From Isurus oxyrinchus (lineage: Eukaryota), in NCBI GenBank assembly GCA_026770705.1, contig JANJGN010000053.1, forward strand, positions 3,286,001-3,350,000: a stretch of DNA of 64,000 nt. Direction: 5' to 3'. The notes under the pieces are model-generated. The model saw nothing but the letters and a program-made list of their open reading frames with translations. It had not been told where the DNA came from and did no database searches. Below, piece after piece: positions 1-12,600 of the stretch (position 1 is its first letter; every line of letters starts with the position of its first letter). The position numbers and the translations under genes were made by a program.

Positions 1-267
1 AATGTATCATTCCAGCTTCCGTTTCTGTAGACTGCAGGTTTATGTACAAATGCTGGAGGCCTCTGATACTTCTGTTCGGTCCTACAATGTATTCTTCCTG
101 ACAGAGAACTCCTTTACCCTTTCGACATCGACCTCGCATTCAAATTTGTTAACTCCATTGTGTCCATGTGTCTTTGTAACTTTACTTGCTCCTAATGCCG
201 CTAATGAATATATTTTCAAGTTGCCACGATGTGTTGTCAATAACCCTTGAGACAAATAAACACGCAC
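1..267 (-). mobile_element. possible degraded LTR/retroviral pol RNase H-like remnant
   Basis: Minus ORF 82..267 (GLLTTHRG..KIYSLAALG..KVTKTHGHNGVNKFECEVD) loosely resembles the RNase H C-terminal GFLTS.G..IK..L.AL...KVKAH..GN..AD pattern; weak. Confidence 0.2.
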
Positions 268-2309
268 CTTTGCTATCTTGCCTGGCTATTTGTATAGAGA
301 CTGAGATCCCTTTGATAAACTAAATCCGAACAGCAACTATATAACACTGCAAATTTATTTTACCCCTTATGTGTTATGCCCTCAATCACGTTTACTCCTT
401 AGCATGTTAAAGAAACGTCTACGCCATACATCTGTTTATAACTTCAAATTGCATGTCTGCTTGACTACAAAATGTAATTAATTCGCACACACAGACAGAA
501 AATACACCAACTCCGTAAACCTAATTTTCGATAAAAAACAGAAAATTATTAAGAACATACTTTCATGAGTTATCTGACTGCTGATGTGAGACATGAATTG
601 CCACCCTGTCATTTCTGTGGCAATACTGAGGCCCCTGGCATGTGTCCCACCAAACATTTTCTCATACGGCACAAAATGAAGCACCTCCCTTCTAACCTAC
701 AATACATACCACGAGATTCATGATAGGAACAGCATGAATAACATGCATCTTGACCCTATACAGACTATTCCCTTATACCTGGATGGCAGACCGATGGAGA
801 TGCCAGGAGTTACGGGGAGATGCAGCAACCTGCTTCACGGAGCATGGCCAGGATATCCAGCTGACAGAGGTAGAAACATAGCAGGAGATCATGTTCCTTG
901 AATGTTCCAGGCTCCCTTCAGTGTCCCAGGAGGCAGCTGCCCTCTGATTCATGGAGCACGACCTGGACATCCTCCTGACAGGGGTAGAATGACACAGGCA
1001 TATACTGTTCCATGAAGAGCCCAAGTTCCGTCAGGGGTTGGGAGAGGGGGGTAGGGGAGTGCGGGTGGGGGGATTGAAGGAACCGGGATTTGGAATGAAA
1101 ACTCTGGCCGGATTGGTAATGTGTAAAAAGTTATGATTTTCATTAGCCAGAAAGACAGTGATTGGCATCAACCAAATTCCGAGAGAGATGTGGAAGAAAG
1201 TCACTTATAAAGAGGATTATCTGCATGACATCAAGTCATGGCTGCCTTGTGTGTCTCTCACAATTCCCAGAGCTCCAGACCCACCGCACACTCCCCCAAA
1301 CCTCCCGTCCACGAGGAGGAGGTAGCCTTGCCCAAGAAAGCACCATCACCGCCATTGCATTTAACAGGCAACAGCCCAGCGATTCATGCGACACTGGGTG
1401 CAACTACCAAAATAAGGTGGGGACCACAGGGTGATGAGCACAGCATCAGTCATAGGAGGAGGTATCATATTCTGAGATTTGTGTTCATTCTTCCCTCCTG
1501 AGCAGGTAGGACTGAAACTGCGGCACCCCTCGGGACAGTGAGAGAAAGCCTCCGGAGTCTCAGTTTGGGATTCATTATTTGTAAACAGAGCAGCAGATGT
1601 GATGCCATCGACACAGTTGCCTGAAACATTGAGGCCTCATTCGCTCTGAATTGTGGAGCTCATGGTAATCATGACTTAGATCTTGATTCTGGTATGGGGA
1701 GCCCATGACGAGAAACCATGAGAGATTGAAAAACCTCGTGGTGAGTCAATGCAGCAGGTGTGAGATATCCTGCACTGTGGCACCAGCTCAATTGCAGTAG
1801 TGGGGGTTGAGCTCAGGGCCCTGAACAGCAGTACCTCATTGGTGGAAGATCAGTACCTCGAGGGAATCCCAGTAGTGAACCAGATGCCCACTCAATCCAA
1901 CCAACGGGGCACCATCCCCAAGGCTGTGAGATCGTAAAAAGTGGGCGAGGGGCAGGTGAAATTTGAGGGAATCTCTGCCCCTTCTGATTCCTTTATCCAT
2001 CAGATAGAAGCAACATCTGACACCCGGGTCCAAGTGCGTGAGCTGTTCCTGCAGCGATGCAGGTAGTGCCATCACAGGAAGAGACCCAACGGTTTCTTGA
2101 ACGACGAGGCAGACCGCCATGATTCTCACAATCATATAGTCACAGAGGTGAGCAGCCTGTTTGCACCTCCTCCGAGGGAAAAAGTTCAATACAACATTAG
2201 GAATATACATGAGTGCTCGAAACAGCGGTAGTTAGAGAACGATTTTGTTCTCACTGGTGTTTGGGTAACCTATGGATTTTCAGAAATACATGTAACATCT
2301 ATCTGGTGA

Positions 2310-2690
2310 AGCCTTGGGGATATTGTCACTGAACAAGTAATCCAGGCGTCCACTTCGATGTTTTTGGCCATGGGTTCAAATTCCTCCATGGCAGCTGGTG
2401 GAATTTAAACGCTATTATTAAATGTGCAATATAAGTATGGTTTCAGTAATGGTGGCCGTGAAACCATCATTGATCTTTTTATTAAAAAACAATCTGTTTT
2501 CCTAATGTCATTTAGGGAAGGAAATTTGCCATCCTTCCCCGGACTGACTCTAGAACTTCAGCAATGTGGTAGACTCTTAAATGCCTTCTGAGATGGCCCA
2601 GCAAGGGAAACCATTGAAGAATAATTACGGATTGTCAACGAATACTGGCCTTGCAAGTGACACACTCATATCCCATGAATAATAAAAAAT
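2310..2690 (+). mobile_element. tRNA-derived SINE (shark type) with LINE-derived 3' tail
   Basis: B-box-like GGGTTCAAATTCC near 2372, body GGAAGGAAATTTGCCATCC, tail ...ACTGGCCTTGCAAGTGAC...ATCCCATGAATAATAAAAA; related copies at about 5070-5372(-) and 14165-14460(+). Confidence 0.7.
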
Positions 2691-2829
2691 ACTTTACATG
2701 AGCAATTCGAAATATTCAAATAAGATGTTGAAGTCAACATGTGTTCAGGGGTGACCATTTTCTCTCCAACAGCTTGTGTGTCGTATCCAGAAAAAATCCC
2801 TGTCTTTGATGTTTTGAAATTATACCCTT

Positions 2830-3150
2830 CTCTTCCATGCCTTGGTTCATCCTCTTCCATGGCAGCCATCATGTGAAGCGATGCTGTATTAAACATTCTC
2901 TGGTCATGATGAAGTCCTTCATGGGCTCCTGTGCCCATCACTGGTCACATCATGCCCCTTATCGCCAGGGAGTCTCCCGTGGCCTTTCTGCCTTACTACC
3001 CACCACATCATTATCCGCCTCATGTGCTTTCTGATTTACCTCATCATCCACATTCGAGGTAAAGATCCTTTGCTCTCCCTCCTCCAGCTCCAGCGGCAGA
3101 CTCCTCCACAATGCCATTTTATGGAGCATGCAGCAATGTACAATCATATG
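2830..3150 (-). mobile_element. PIF/Harbinger transposase C-terminal remnant
   Basis: Minus ORF 2959..3147 IVHCCMLHKMALWR followed by an acidic stretch resembles the HARBI1-type IV.CC.LHN.A motif. Confidence 0.45.
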
Positions 3151-3644
3151 CCATTCCCTGGATGCTATGGGTTACAGAGACCTCCCTGAGATGTTGAAGT
3201 ATCTGAAACACATTTTGAACCAATTACGCGTTCAAAGGGTCATTTGTTCATACTTTAACCCTAACAGGTAGATCCTGGGAAATCATTGGTGAAATTTAAT
3301 TGAAGCACATTTCGAAAAAGCGAAAAGAAATACCGAGGACTTACCTAAAATTAGCCATGCAGAGCTCTGTTGAGTGCAATGCTAAAATTAGACATGATTT
3401 AATTTCTATTTTCTAAGCTGTATAAGTTCATCTTTCTTGACAGAATAAAAAAAATAAGTATGGCTGTAAATTCCGAACATATTCTATCGATGTTATTCCA
3501 TTTATCTAAGAAACTAAACATTCTGCATTCTTGACTACATCTCTGGAGTGATCACTTCTGTAGTTTCACGATTGACCCATCGACAGGTTGTAACAGAGAA
3601 CACGTCTGTCCTGCAGGTAATGCTGCCTAGTGAAATTATTTTCT

Positions 3645-5060
3645 GTTATTCATTGACGGGATGCGGGCTTCACTGGCTGGGCAAGTATTCATTGTCCATA
3701 CCTAGTTCCCATTGAAAAGGTGGTACTGAGCTGCCTTCTTGAACCGCTGAGTTCCATCTGGTGTAGGTGCACCTAGAGTGCAGGTAGGAAGGGAGTTCCA
3801 GGATTTTGACCCAGCGACATTGAGGAACAGCGATGTATTTTAAAGTCAGGGTAGTTAGTAATTTGGAGGAGAACATCCAGGTAGTGCTGTTCGCAACTAT
3901 CTGCTCTCCTTGTCTTTCTCGATTGCACTCGTATTGGGTTTGAAGGTGCTTTCGAAAAAGCATTGGTGAATGCTTGGTTTCTATCTTGGAAATGATACAA
4001 CTGTTGCTACAATGCGTCGCTGGTGGAGGGAGTGAATGCTTTTGTGTGTGGTGCCAATCAACTAGTCTGCTTTGCACTGCATTTTGTCAAGTTTCTTGAG
4101 TGTTGTGGGAACAGCACTCATCCAGGCAAATGGGGAGTATTCCATCACACTGCTGACTTATCTTTGTAGACGGCGGACAGACTTTGGAGAGTCAGGAATT
4201 GAGTTACTCACTGCAGGATTTCCAGCCTCTGACCTGCTCTTGCAGACAAATTATATTTATGTCACTCGTCCATTTCAGTTTCAAGTCAATGGGACCCAAG
4301 ATATGGATAATGTTCCATTCAGTGCAAGCAATGCCATTAAAAGTCAACGAGCGAGTTTTAAGTTCACTTTTGAGGGTGATGTTCATTGCCGGTTTTTTGT
4401 GTGCAATGAACGTTACTTGCCACTTTTCAGCCCAAGCCTAGATATCGTACAGCTCTTTTTGCATTTCGACATGGACTGCTACAGTATCCACGGAGACGTG
4501 AATTGTGCTGAACATTGTGAAATCAACAGCAAACATTTGCACTTCTGACCATGTGATGGAAGGAAGACTTTTCATTAATAAGTTGAAGATGGTTGGGCGA
4601 GATCACTTCACTGAGGAAGAACTGCAGTTATGACATGGTGTTGAGATGACTGACCTCCAACAACCAAAACCATTTTAGTTCTGCTAGGTATGACACCCAC
4701 CAGTGGATATACCGCCCATCACACCCCCAAACCAAGCCACCCTCAATGACTCCTGCTTTGCTAGGGCTCCTTGATGCCACACTCTGTCAAACGTGGCCTT
4801 GCTGTCAAGGGTCGTCAGCCTTTCCTCATTCTGGCAGTCAAGGTTTTTTGTCCATGTTTTAACCAAGACTGAAATGAGGTCAAAAGAGTGGCCCTGGCTG
4901 AAGCCAAACGAAGCGTCACTGAACAGTTTCTAACTAAGCATGTGCCGCGTGATTGACTATTGATGACCCGGCAATTTCTGACTTGTATTACTCCTGTTTA
5001 TTTCTGTACAGAACATAGCTGGGCAATCTTCCACATTGAAGGGTGTTGTACTTGCCCTGG
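3645..5060 (-). mobile_element. degraded CR1/L2-group LINE, 3' part (RT fragments)
   Basis: Minus ORF 4684..4866 contains LDSKATFDRVWHQGALAK (RT AFD.VWH motif); the 3' end ...GCATCCCGTCAATGAATAA is shared with the SINE tail; same family at 55140-55720. Confidence 0.65.
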
Positions 5061-5069
5061 AACAGCATT

Positions 5070-5372
5070 TATTTCTGCATTCACGTGATGTGGGTGCCAT
5101 TAGCCAGGCATTTAATTCACATTCATAATTTCCCCATTAGTGTAATTTCAGAAAGTATTCAATGTTAACTCACATTGCTCTGAGTCTGGAGTCCCATGTA
5201 GGCCAGACCAAATAAGGGGCGGGGGATATTTCATTCCCTAAATGACTTTGATGAACGAGATGGATTTTACGGCAACTAGCAATTGCTTCACTTGATTTGA
5301 ACCTGTGTCACCAGAGCATTAGTCCTGAATTACAAGAGCAGCAACATTAGCACTACACCACCACCTCCCCCA
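5070..5372 (-). mobile_element. tRNA-derived SINE
   Basis: Minus strand starts GGGAGGTGGTGGTGTAGTGCTAATG (A box), has CAGGTTCAAATC (B box) and the same tail family as 2310-2690. Confidence 0.6.
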
Positions 5373-5649
5373 AGCAGTGGGTCATTGACAAAGGCCAATC
5401 CAGTAAAAGGAGGAGCTAAGGGAATCTGCACTGTTGTTTTGCGCAGGGAGTTGAAAAGACCTGGCTGTCAGACAGAGCAAGCTGACCTACGGGAGGGATG
5501 CAGCTTTGAGAGACGAGGGAAAGTCTTAAATGGGGCTACACCCTTCAGGGTGATGCATCTGAGGTGCACCACATCCCCATTATGGATATATACTTGGCTA
5601 ATCTTCTGCTGGCACAAAGATATGGATGAAATTAATTTGTAGAGAGAAC

Positions 5650-6500
5650 ATGAGGAAGTTAACAAGAAGGAAAACACAGTTTTTACAAGTGAATCTGAGA
5701 CCTGGAAAAGATCTGGAAAAAGGCAAAGATCTGGAAAATGGAGTATAACGTTGTAAAGTTTAAAATTCCCCATTTTGGCAGGAGGAATAGAGATGAGACA
5801 TTTTATCAAAATAGTGATATCTTTCAGAGCTCCAAGATGCAAAAGGATTGGTGGCTCTTAGTGCATGAATTGCAAGATGCTAGCATGCAGCTACAGCAAT
5901 TATTTAAGAAAGCTACTAGAATGTTATTTATTGTGACGAGTATTGAATAAAAAAGTTTATAGGCTATGTTTCAGCTGTGCAGAACACGACTGAAAAAACA
6001 TGTGGGGTAGTGTGTACAATTTTGGACACCTTAGTTAAGGGGGGTTGCAAATGTGTTGGACGCAATTCAGAGAATGTTTCCCAGAGTAAGAGCTGGAATG
6101 GGCAGGTTATCTTAAAAATATAATTTTGGAATGTATCCGCTTGAGTTTAGAAGAGTGTGAGGCGACTCGATTGAAACATATGACATCCTGAGGGAAGTCT
6201 ACAGAGTGAACGTGGAGGGGATTTTTGCTCTTGTGTGAGATACTAGAACTTGGATTCACTGTTTAAAAATAAGGGGTCACATATTTATAACAGAGATGAG
6301 GCCAGTTATTTCTCGCAGGGGGTCGTGAGGTCTTTGAACCCCCCACCTGAAACGGGGGTGGGAACAAAGCCTTTGAATATTTTTAAGGCAGATTCTTATT
6401 AGGTCATCGAGGATAGGATTTATTTTAGATCTTATTAAATGGCGGGCCAGGCCCGAGCGGCCGAACGTCAAACTCCTGCTCCTTGTTCGTATGTTTGTAG
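5650..6500 (+). mobile_element. CR1-like LINE 3' fragment
   Basis: ORF 5738..5950 (W)KMEYNVVKFKIPHFGRRN resembles CR1 WQMEFNV.KCEV.HFG..N; degraded CR1 tail ending CTCCTGCTCCTTGTTCGTATGTT. Confidence 0.7.
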
Positions 6501-6540
6501 TTCACTGGTTAAGCACTGCGCAGGAACACTAGGCAAGCCA

Positions 6541-6588
6541 GGGTTGGGGGGGGGGGGGGGGGGGGGGGGGGCGGTGGCGGGGGGGGGG
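6541..6588 (+). repeat. poly-G / G-rich tract (G-quadruplex potential)
   Basis: About 26 consecutive G, then CGGTGGC and about 10 more G. Confidence 0.85.
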
Positions 6589-7309
6589 TACCACTAGACA
6601 AACATTGAAGGAACACACAAGGGTAAATATTTCAGTTTTGTTTGCATAATTGGATTTGATGTTGGATAAAGATGCGAATGATATTGGTTTTTATGCAGTT
6701 TTTTTCTAAAGGGTGCTGGCCAAGGGGAAGCTGTGACTGGCGTGTCAGTTGGATTTAACAGTGCAGAATGGGGGAACCATGATGGAAAAGGGATGTTGTC
6801 CAATGGGAACCGAAGTCTTAGCAAGCTCTTGTCAGCAGCCTGTCCGGGTCGAAGGCACCCAGAAAATATCCCATCTGGCTCCAGCTCCTCCCCCTGAAGT
6901 ATCCTCCGCATTTCTGGTGACAAAGCATTTGTCCTCATAATGGAGATTGTGTAAAGAAAGCAGCAGAAATCCATGTACTTCACCACGTGCTCCAGCGTGC
7001 ACTGGGGTGGGCAGTGGGGGGTGGGTGGGGGTGGGGGGTTGGTAACAATTGGTGGTTCAGGAATCAGAAACATTGATTCATCACACTGATAGTTGTTAAC
7101 TTTAGACATGTGGTATTTTCAGATTGTTGCTTGGAAATGGGGACTGATGAGGGTGTGGGTGTTTTGAATCACATACCGAGGCGGCAGAATTCATCTCCGA
7201 GAAGCCACGTTTCAGTTATGAAAAAGATCAGAACACGGAGGAAATGGTCGACTGCTTCAGAATGGGGGTTTTGTGGCTATTGTTGGGATAGCGAACGTTC
7301 ACCAACATG

Positions 7310-7450
7310 TACTGTGCAAGGGCACACAGGTATTGTAGTTTAATGGGGTAAGAGATGCTGCCGTTCTTGTATGTCTCCACGTTGGCAAGGGGACTCTGCA
7401 GAGCAACATTCAGCATCAGGATCCTTCTATGCTGGGAAAACCATGGAAAT
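7310..7450 (-). mobile_element. PIF/Harbinger DDE transposase remnant
   Basis: Minus translation GFPSIEG...NVALQSPLANVETYKNGSISYPIKLQYLC resembles HARBI1-type GFP.V.GAIDCTHVAL.AP....YRNRKG.HSINVQ.VC. Confidence 0.45.
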
Positions 7451-8379
7451 TATAATCCTGCTTCTCCCTGCTGAGGTGAAAAAACAACGTATTCCTCTCA
7501 CCCGGCATGTATGGCCTCCGTCACCTGCTGTACAGATCGATTGAGATCATCCATTCAGGAAAGATCCAATCCATCGAAGTTCAATGAAGCTGTGATGTTA
7601 ACAACATTTGACAGCACCTTCCTCACCCTGGTATGAGATTCGCACTTTTATTTAAGTGGATGGAAAATCTCCTTCACCACTTCCTTGTTGAGTCACGTTT
7701 GCCTCATTCTCTTCTCCTGAGTCAGATGGAGGTTGGTAAAGTGTTCTTGAAAAACTGGGGCTGGATAGGGCACAACCGCCCCCTCCTCCATTTTTTACAG
7801 AGCCTTCCCTCTCCATTTATTGGTCATGTTACACACTCAGGTGGAAGGTAACTACTATGCCAATAGCTCTCCCCGAGTTTGGTTTCCAAACTCACTGTCC
7901 TTCCAGCAATTAAGCAGGAGCTCACTACACAGTGAGCTAGAGAAAACAATCAATAACACTTCCACGAACTTTTTAATTAAAGAATTCGGTCAAACTCCCC
8001 ACAGCTGTAGGTTTTGTGCCTAGTCATTTAAGATAACATTAGTGGTGGTTCGCTGTGTTGCGGGAAAAATGTACAAATGAGAGTGAGTAACACAAACGTT
8101 CAATGGCCAGGAACAATCCGAGTTTCATGTATCAAAGCTGCTGAAACCGTCGGTCCAACAAGGAATACCAGCTAGGAGACGCTGGGAAGTCACTGATAGC
8201 ACCTCCCGCAGCATTTCATTGTTTGAGCTTCAGAAATCTGGTACAGTGACTGTTACCATCTACAAAGACCAGAATCATGGCCATGGGGAGATATAGCGTG
8301 AATTATAATCATGTTGTATTTATATATACTAAAACTTCAGCAGAGCAATTTGCAAGAATATGCAAAACTAACAGAGCGA

Positions 8380-8800
8380 TTTGATTTAGTCACAGAAGTT
8401 AGGCATGGAGGGATCATATCGTAAGAATGAGAATATTATAAGTGAGGTGATACGAGACCAGGAAGCAAAGTAGGTCAGTGAGAACAGAGGTGTTGGGTGA
8501 AACGGATTTGGTGTGAGTTAAGAGATGCAAAAAGTAGTTCGGGATTTGTTGGGTCTTATGAAGTGTTGTAAGTGGGAGGACGACCAGGATAACACTGGGA
8601 TAGTCGATTCTAGCTTGAGACACAGGTGAGGGTTTATTCAGTAGCTGGGCTGAGGCGGAGATGGTGATGGATGATATTATGGAGATAGTAGTGGGAAGGA
8701 TTGGGAGTGCAGAGAATATGGGGCCAATAATCACCTCAGGGTCAACGGGATCACACATGTTCTGGACAAGCTGGTTCAGTCTAAGATTCAGTTTATAGGG
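8380..8800 (-). mobile_element. L2-like LINE remnant
   Basis: Purine-rich plus strand (AGGTCAGTGAGAACAGAGGTG, ATCACCTCAGGGTCAACGGGATCACAC) typical of antisense L2 RT fragments; no intact ORF. Confidence 0.4.
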
Positions 8801-8911
8801 AGCAACATTTCTGACTGAAATTGAAGACAATCTTTCCAAAATTCACAAATCAAGTACAGCAATCAAGTTAAATGTGGTTTATAGAATAAATAACTGGGCA
8901 GAGATAATTAC

Positions 8912-9092
8912 TAGGTACACCAACAAGAGCCAGGATGGGATAATAACCTCCTTGTACAACCTGAAAAAAGTAATAGGTGCGATCAGCTGATGGCAAACTA
9001 TCATAATATGTAGAAAGCGAGTAAAGCGCCAAGGATAAACTTCTGCACATTCTTGTAACATTCCAATCTCTTGCTGTAAGATTCTGATCCAT
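8912..9092 (-). CDS. first coding exon of a GPR139/GPR142-like orphan GPCR (N-terminus plus start of TM1); exon 2 not found in window
   Basis: MDQNLTARDWNVTRMCRSLSLALYSLSTYYDSLPSADRTYYFFQVVQGGYYPILALVGVP, then a phase-1 donor CCTA|GTAATT at 8911. YYP.LA.VGVP followed by an intron is characteristic of the two-exon GPR139-like genes expanded in sharks. Confidence 0.75.
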
Positions 9093-9326
9093 TGTTCGAA
9101 CATTCAAACCTGTTCTTCTCAGATTCTGATCTCCCCTCTCCCTCTCACTGGTGACGCTGATCACTGTTGGTGTTGGAGTTGATTCTCCCGCTGACGCTAT
9201 GGGATAATGCATTGAAATATATCCCTTATTAATAGAAGGGGGAAATACCCCAGTGACACAATTAAGACTGACATTACTCACAATCACTGAACAAACAGAT
9301 TGCATTAACTCATTTCAATCCAGCAC

Positions 9327-9335
9327 TTTTTTATA
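9327..9335 (-). promoter_or_regulatory. candidate TATA box for the GPR139-like gene
   Basis: TATAAAAAA on the minus strand about 240 bp upstream of the ATG at 9092. Confidence 0.3.
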
Positions 9336-9639
9336 CCACAATAAAGTAGAATATTTACCCCGTCTATGTGGGATGTATGAGTACGACTGAGGGAAGGAAT
9401 GATGGAAATAGCGGAGGCACCGACCATAACCTTTCAATCCTGGGATTGGTGCTTGAGGCCCTGATGGTTGAAAATGCCGCGTGCTATATTATAGGGCCAA
9501 TAGGGATTAACCCTGGAACAACAGAGCTGTCGTAATAATGGCGGCGGTGGAGTAATTCCAGCAGACCATAATCCTGGCAGAAATAATTGTTTCTTTTTCA
9601 GATAAATAGCTTCATAAATGACCAGAAGCACGAGCATGT

Positions 9640-11100
9640 TAATGATTAGTCGTATCTGGTAAACATGATGGAATTCTTTCCCTCAGTAACGAGACGGTTG
9701 ATCAGGGAAGTTAACATAATGATATCTATATGAACAAAATGTGACCAAGTGCCATTTAAGGGAGTTGCTACTGAAACTGAATGTCTTGGGTTAAAGGGAC
9801 AGTGACAGATTGGATACACAGTTGGCGAAGAGAGAATTATCAGCGGGAAAAGTTATTCAGACTGGAGAGGAATGTACAGTTTTGTATGAGGGGTCGGTAA
9901 GATGATCACTGGTCTGTATGGTAGACCTAAATATCGTTGAATTCTTTATGAAAGACATCATTTCAAGAACCAGGGGGCACTGTTCTAAAATTAAATGGCT
10001 CCCTTTTCTGATATTGATAAGGAGGACCTGGTTTCTCTCAGTGTCCGGCGACTTTGGATCTTTGCCTCAGAAGGCCGACAGCAATGGAGATGGTGATGCT
10101 GAATCACCTTCAGGCAGATTTGGTGAGGCAAGTGATTCAGATTTTATGGGGTTTGGTTGAGAATGTAGAATTAAAAAGCAAACAGACGAGCCATGATCTT
10201 ATTGAATGGTGGAGCAGGCTCGAGGAGCCAAATGGTCTAGTATTTTGTATGTCCGTGATTGCAGATTACAGGGATCCAGAAATGTAAACAGTAAGGACCA
10301 TAGTCATAAACTTCAGGAGATATACAGAGATTGGCGAAATGGAGAGACACAGGGAATGGAAATTTAATTCAGGAGCGTGTGACGTATACATTTGGGAGGA
10401 GGAATGAGGAGAAATAATTTAAACTAAAATGTACAATTTTAAACATTGTGCAGGAACAGAAAGGATACGTGTGCACATTTCTGTATCACTGTGAGAACAA
10501 GTTGATAAGATTGTTAAGAATGCACTGAGGGTGTATCAGTTTGTACATAAAGGCCGAGAGCACAAAAGCAAGAAGCTATGTTGAATTTTCATACAACACT
10601 GGATAATCATAAGCTCAGGATTTGTGCTTAAACCTACTCACTACATATTAGAAAGGATTTCAGAGCCTAGGAGAATTTCAGAGGAGGTTCACTGGAATGG
10701 TGACAGAGATAAAAATAATTCAGTTCTGTGGGGAGACTGGAGAAGCTGGACTTGTCCTACTTAGACCAGTGGAATTGAATAGAGGGACGAAATTAATGTG
10801 CAGCTTACGGAGAGTAAGGAGAATCTGTTTTCACTGGAACAAGGAACAGTAACAATGTATACAACAATTGGTAAAATAATTCGAGGCGACAGAAAAAAAG
10901 ATCATATTTTTATATAGAGTTATTAGAATCTGGAATACACTGCCTGAAGACATGGTGGAAGCTGTTTCAATTGTACTTTTCAAAAGGAAACTGGATGATG
11001 ACTGGCGAGTGTGGAGGTGGGATTTATGAGACCTACAGGTAAAGTGCAGACAAAGGGATGACATGTCTTTCAAAGACGCCACAGGAACCATGGACCATAG
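9640..11100 (+). mobile_element. two or more degraded CR1-like LINE fragments
   Basis: CR1 tail AGCCATGATCTTATTGAATGGTGGAGCAGGCTCGAGGAGCCAAATGG near 10190; ATGGAATTTAATTCAGGAGCGTGTGAC (MEFN..KC) near 10357. Confidence 0.6.
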
Positions 11101-11244
11101 GGATTCCATTCAGTCTGGATATTTCTCCAGTTCTGCAATTTCAGAATGCATTAAGTCCGAATCTCATGTGTACTATAGACGTTCAGCAGTTTTTGAGTCA
11201 GAGACTAACCGTTAATTGTTCTCTGATGAAGGGAAAGCAGATCA

Positions 11245-11600
11245 GCAAACACAAGGGGCTGGTGAGGCGCCTTGTTTTAGCAATGTGTTTAGTGGAGAAC
11301 GATGTTCCCTCAGGTCACAGACCTCAACTGGTGTCCACTGACAGGGAAGTACTTTGCTTTTAGGGTAAATGAGGTCTCAGCTGCCTGCTTGGGTTGCTGT
11401 AAAATACACCATGGCTCTATTTAAAAGACGAGCATGGGAGCTCTCCCCAGAATTCTGGTCCTTATTTCTTCCCCTCCCCCTACAACTGCCCGCAATCAAC
11501 ATTACAGAAAAACAGATTATCTGCTCGTTGGATCTTGTTGTGTGTGAAATATCTGTCTCTCCCCCAACGTTACAGCACTGACTACAATTCAACACATTTC
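11245..11600 (+). mobile_element. Deu-domain SINE (SacSINE1/AmnSINE-like)
   Basis: CCATGGCTCTATTTAAAAGACGAGCATGGGAGCTCTCCCC...AACAGATTATCTG...GGATCTTGTTGTGTGTGAAAT matches the Deu-SINE core as recalled from established knowledge. Confidence 0.55.
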
Positions 11601-11639
11601 TACTGGACATCCAAGTCTCCGGGAGAATTTCCAACGAGC

Positions 11640-12600
11640 TCCCCGTTTTATTGGTTCAAACGCTTTTGACTGATCATAAAAGGCCGTGTGCTGCTCTGAA
11701 CACTTGTCTTGCATTTGCTGAGAGACAAATATCATGTCCGTGTTTCCAATTGATGGCCAGAATCCAAATGGGATCTCTGGAAGGATGAACTCACTGACGG
11801 GCAGAAGGTGGTTGAGAAGGATTCACGTGAGAATCTTCCTCAGAGTGGACTGAAGGGACATGTCCCGATCATTCACAATGATTGATCTATCACTCATCTT
11901 AAACAGTGGAATAATGATGACATTGCTGAACTTTGCCGGTAGGATCTCTGCTCTCAGATTTTTGTAGGAAGGTCTGAGATTTTGAGCAAGACCAACAACG
12001 GTCTTGTTGTCAGCAACCTTCAAGATGGCTCTGAGACTTGAGTCACCTGCCAAAGAAAACTTCTGATGCTGGAGAAATTCCACCAGCGGTGTCTCCAGAG
12101 GGTGCTTAATGCCAATTGGTGAGAAATATCAAAATATGCGGCGTCCCCCACGACAACAATTCCTCCAGTATCAAAACTCTGGGCATGTGATATCAGCTCT
12201 ACTGGTCTGGAGAATGAATTCACATGTCAATTTAACAGCCTCTGAAGCAGAAGCTCCTTTCAAAGCGTGACGAAGTCACCAAGACTCAAGGAGGGCAGAT
12301 AAAATATTTTAAGGGCACCATGACGGCCACGTTCAACAGAGGGCAAAACAGGCATCGAATTGTATGGGAGGAGGCTGCCGACAATCATGCCATATGGCAG
12401 TGCCTGATCCAATAATCTGCAGCGCAGTCACAGACTAACCATATGAGCTTGCTATGGAGGAGCGACAAAAACTGAAGGAGATAGAACAGAACAATATCCC
12501 CTTCCTCAGAGAAATTGCTAACCTCTCCACATGAAGAACTTTGGCCCCAGTATTGAGCTGCTTAGACACCAGTGCACGCAGAAATCATGAAGCCTGTCCG
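11640..12600. mobile_element. RTE-clade LINE remnant with internal inversion
   Basis: Minus part (about 11640-11950): VIIIPLFKMSDRSIIVNDRDMSLQSTLRKILT, resembling RTE I.TIFKKGD.S.C.NYRGISLLS..GKI. Plus part (about 11960-12550): GSET.....LEKFHQRCLQRVL (RTE C-terminus). Partial second copy of the plus part at about 13010-13150. Confidence 0.6.
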
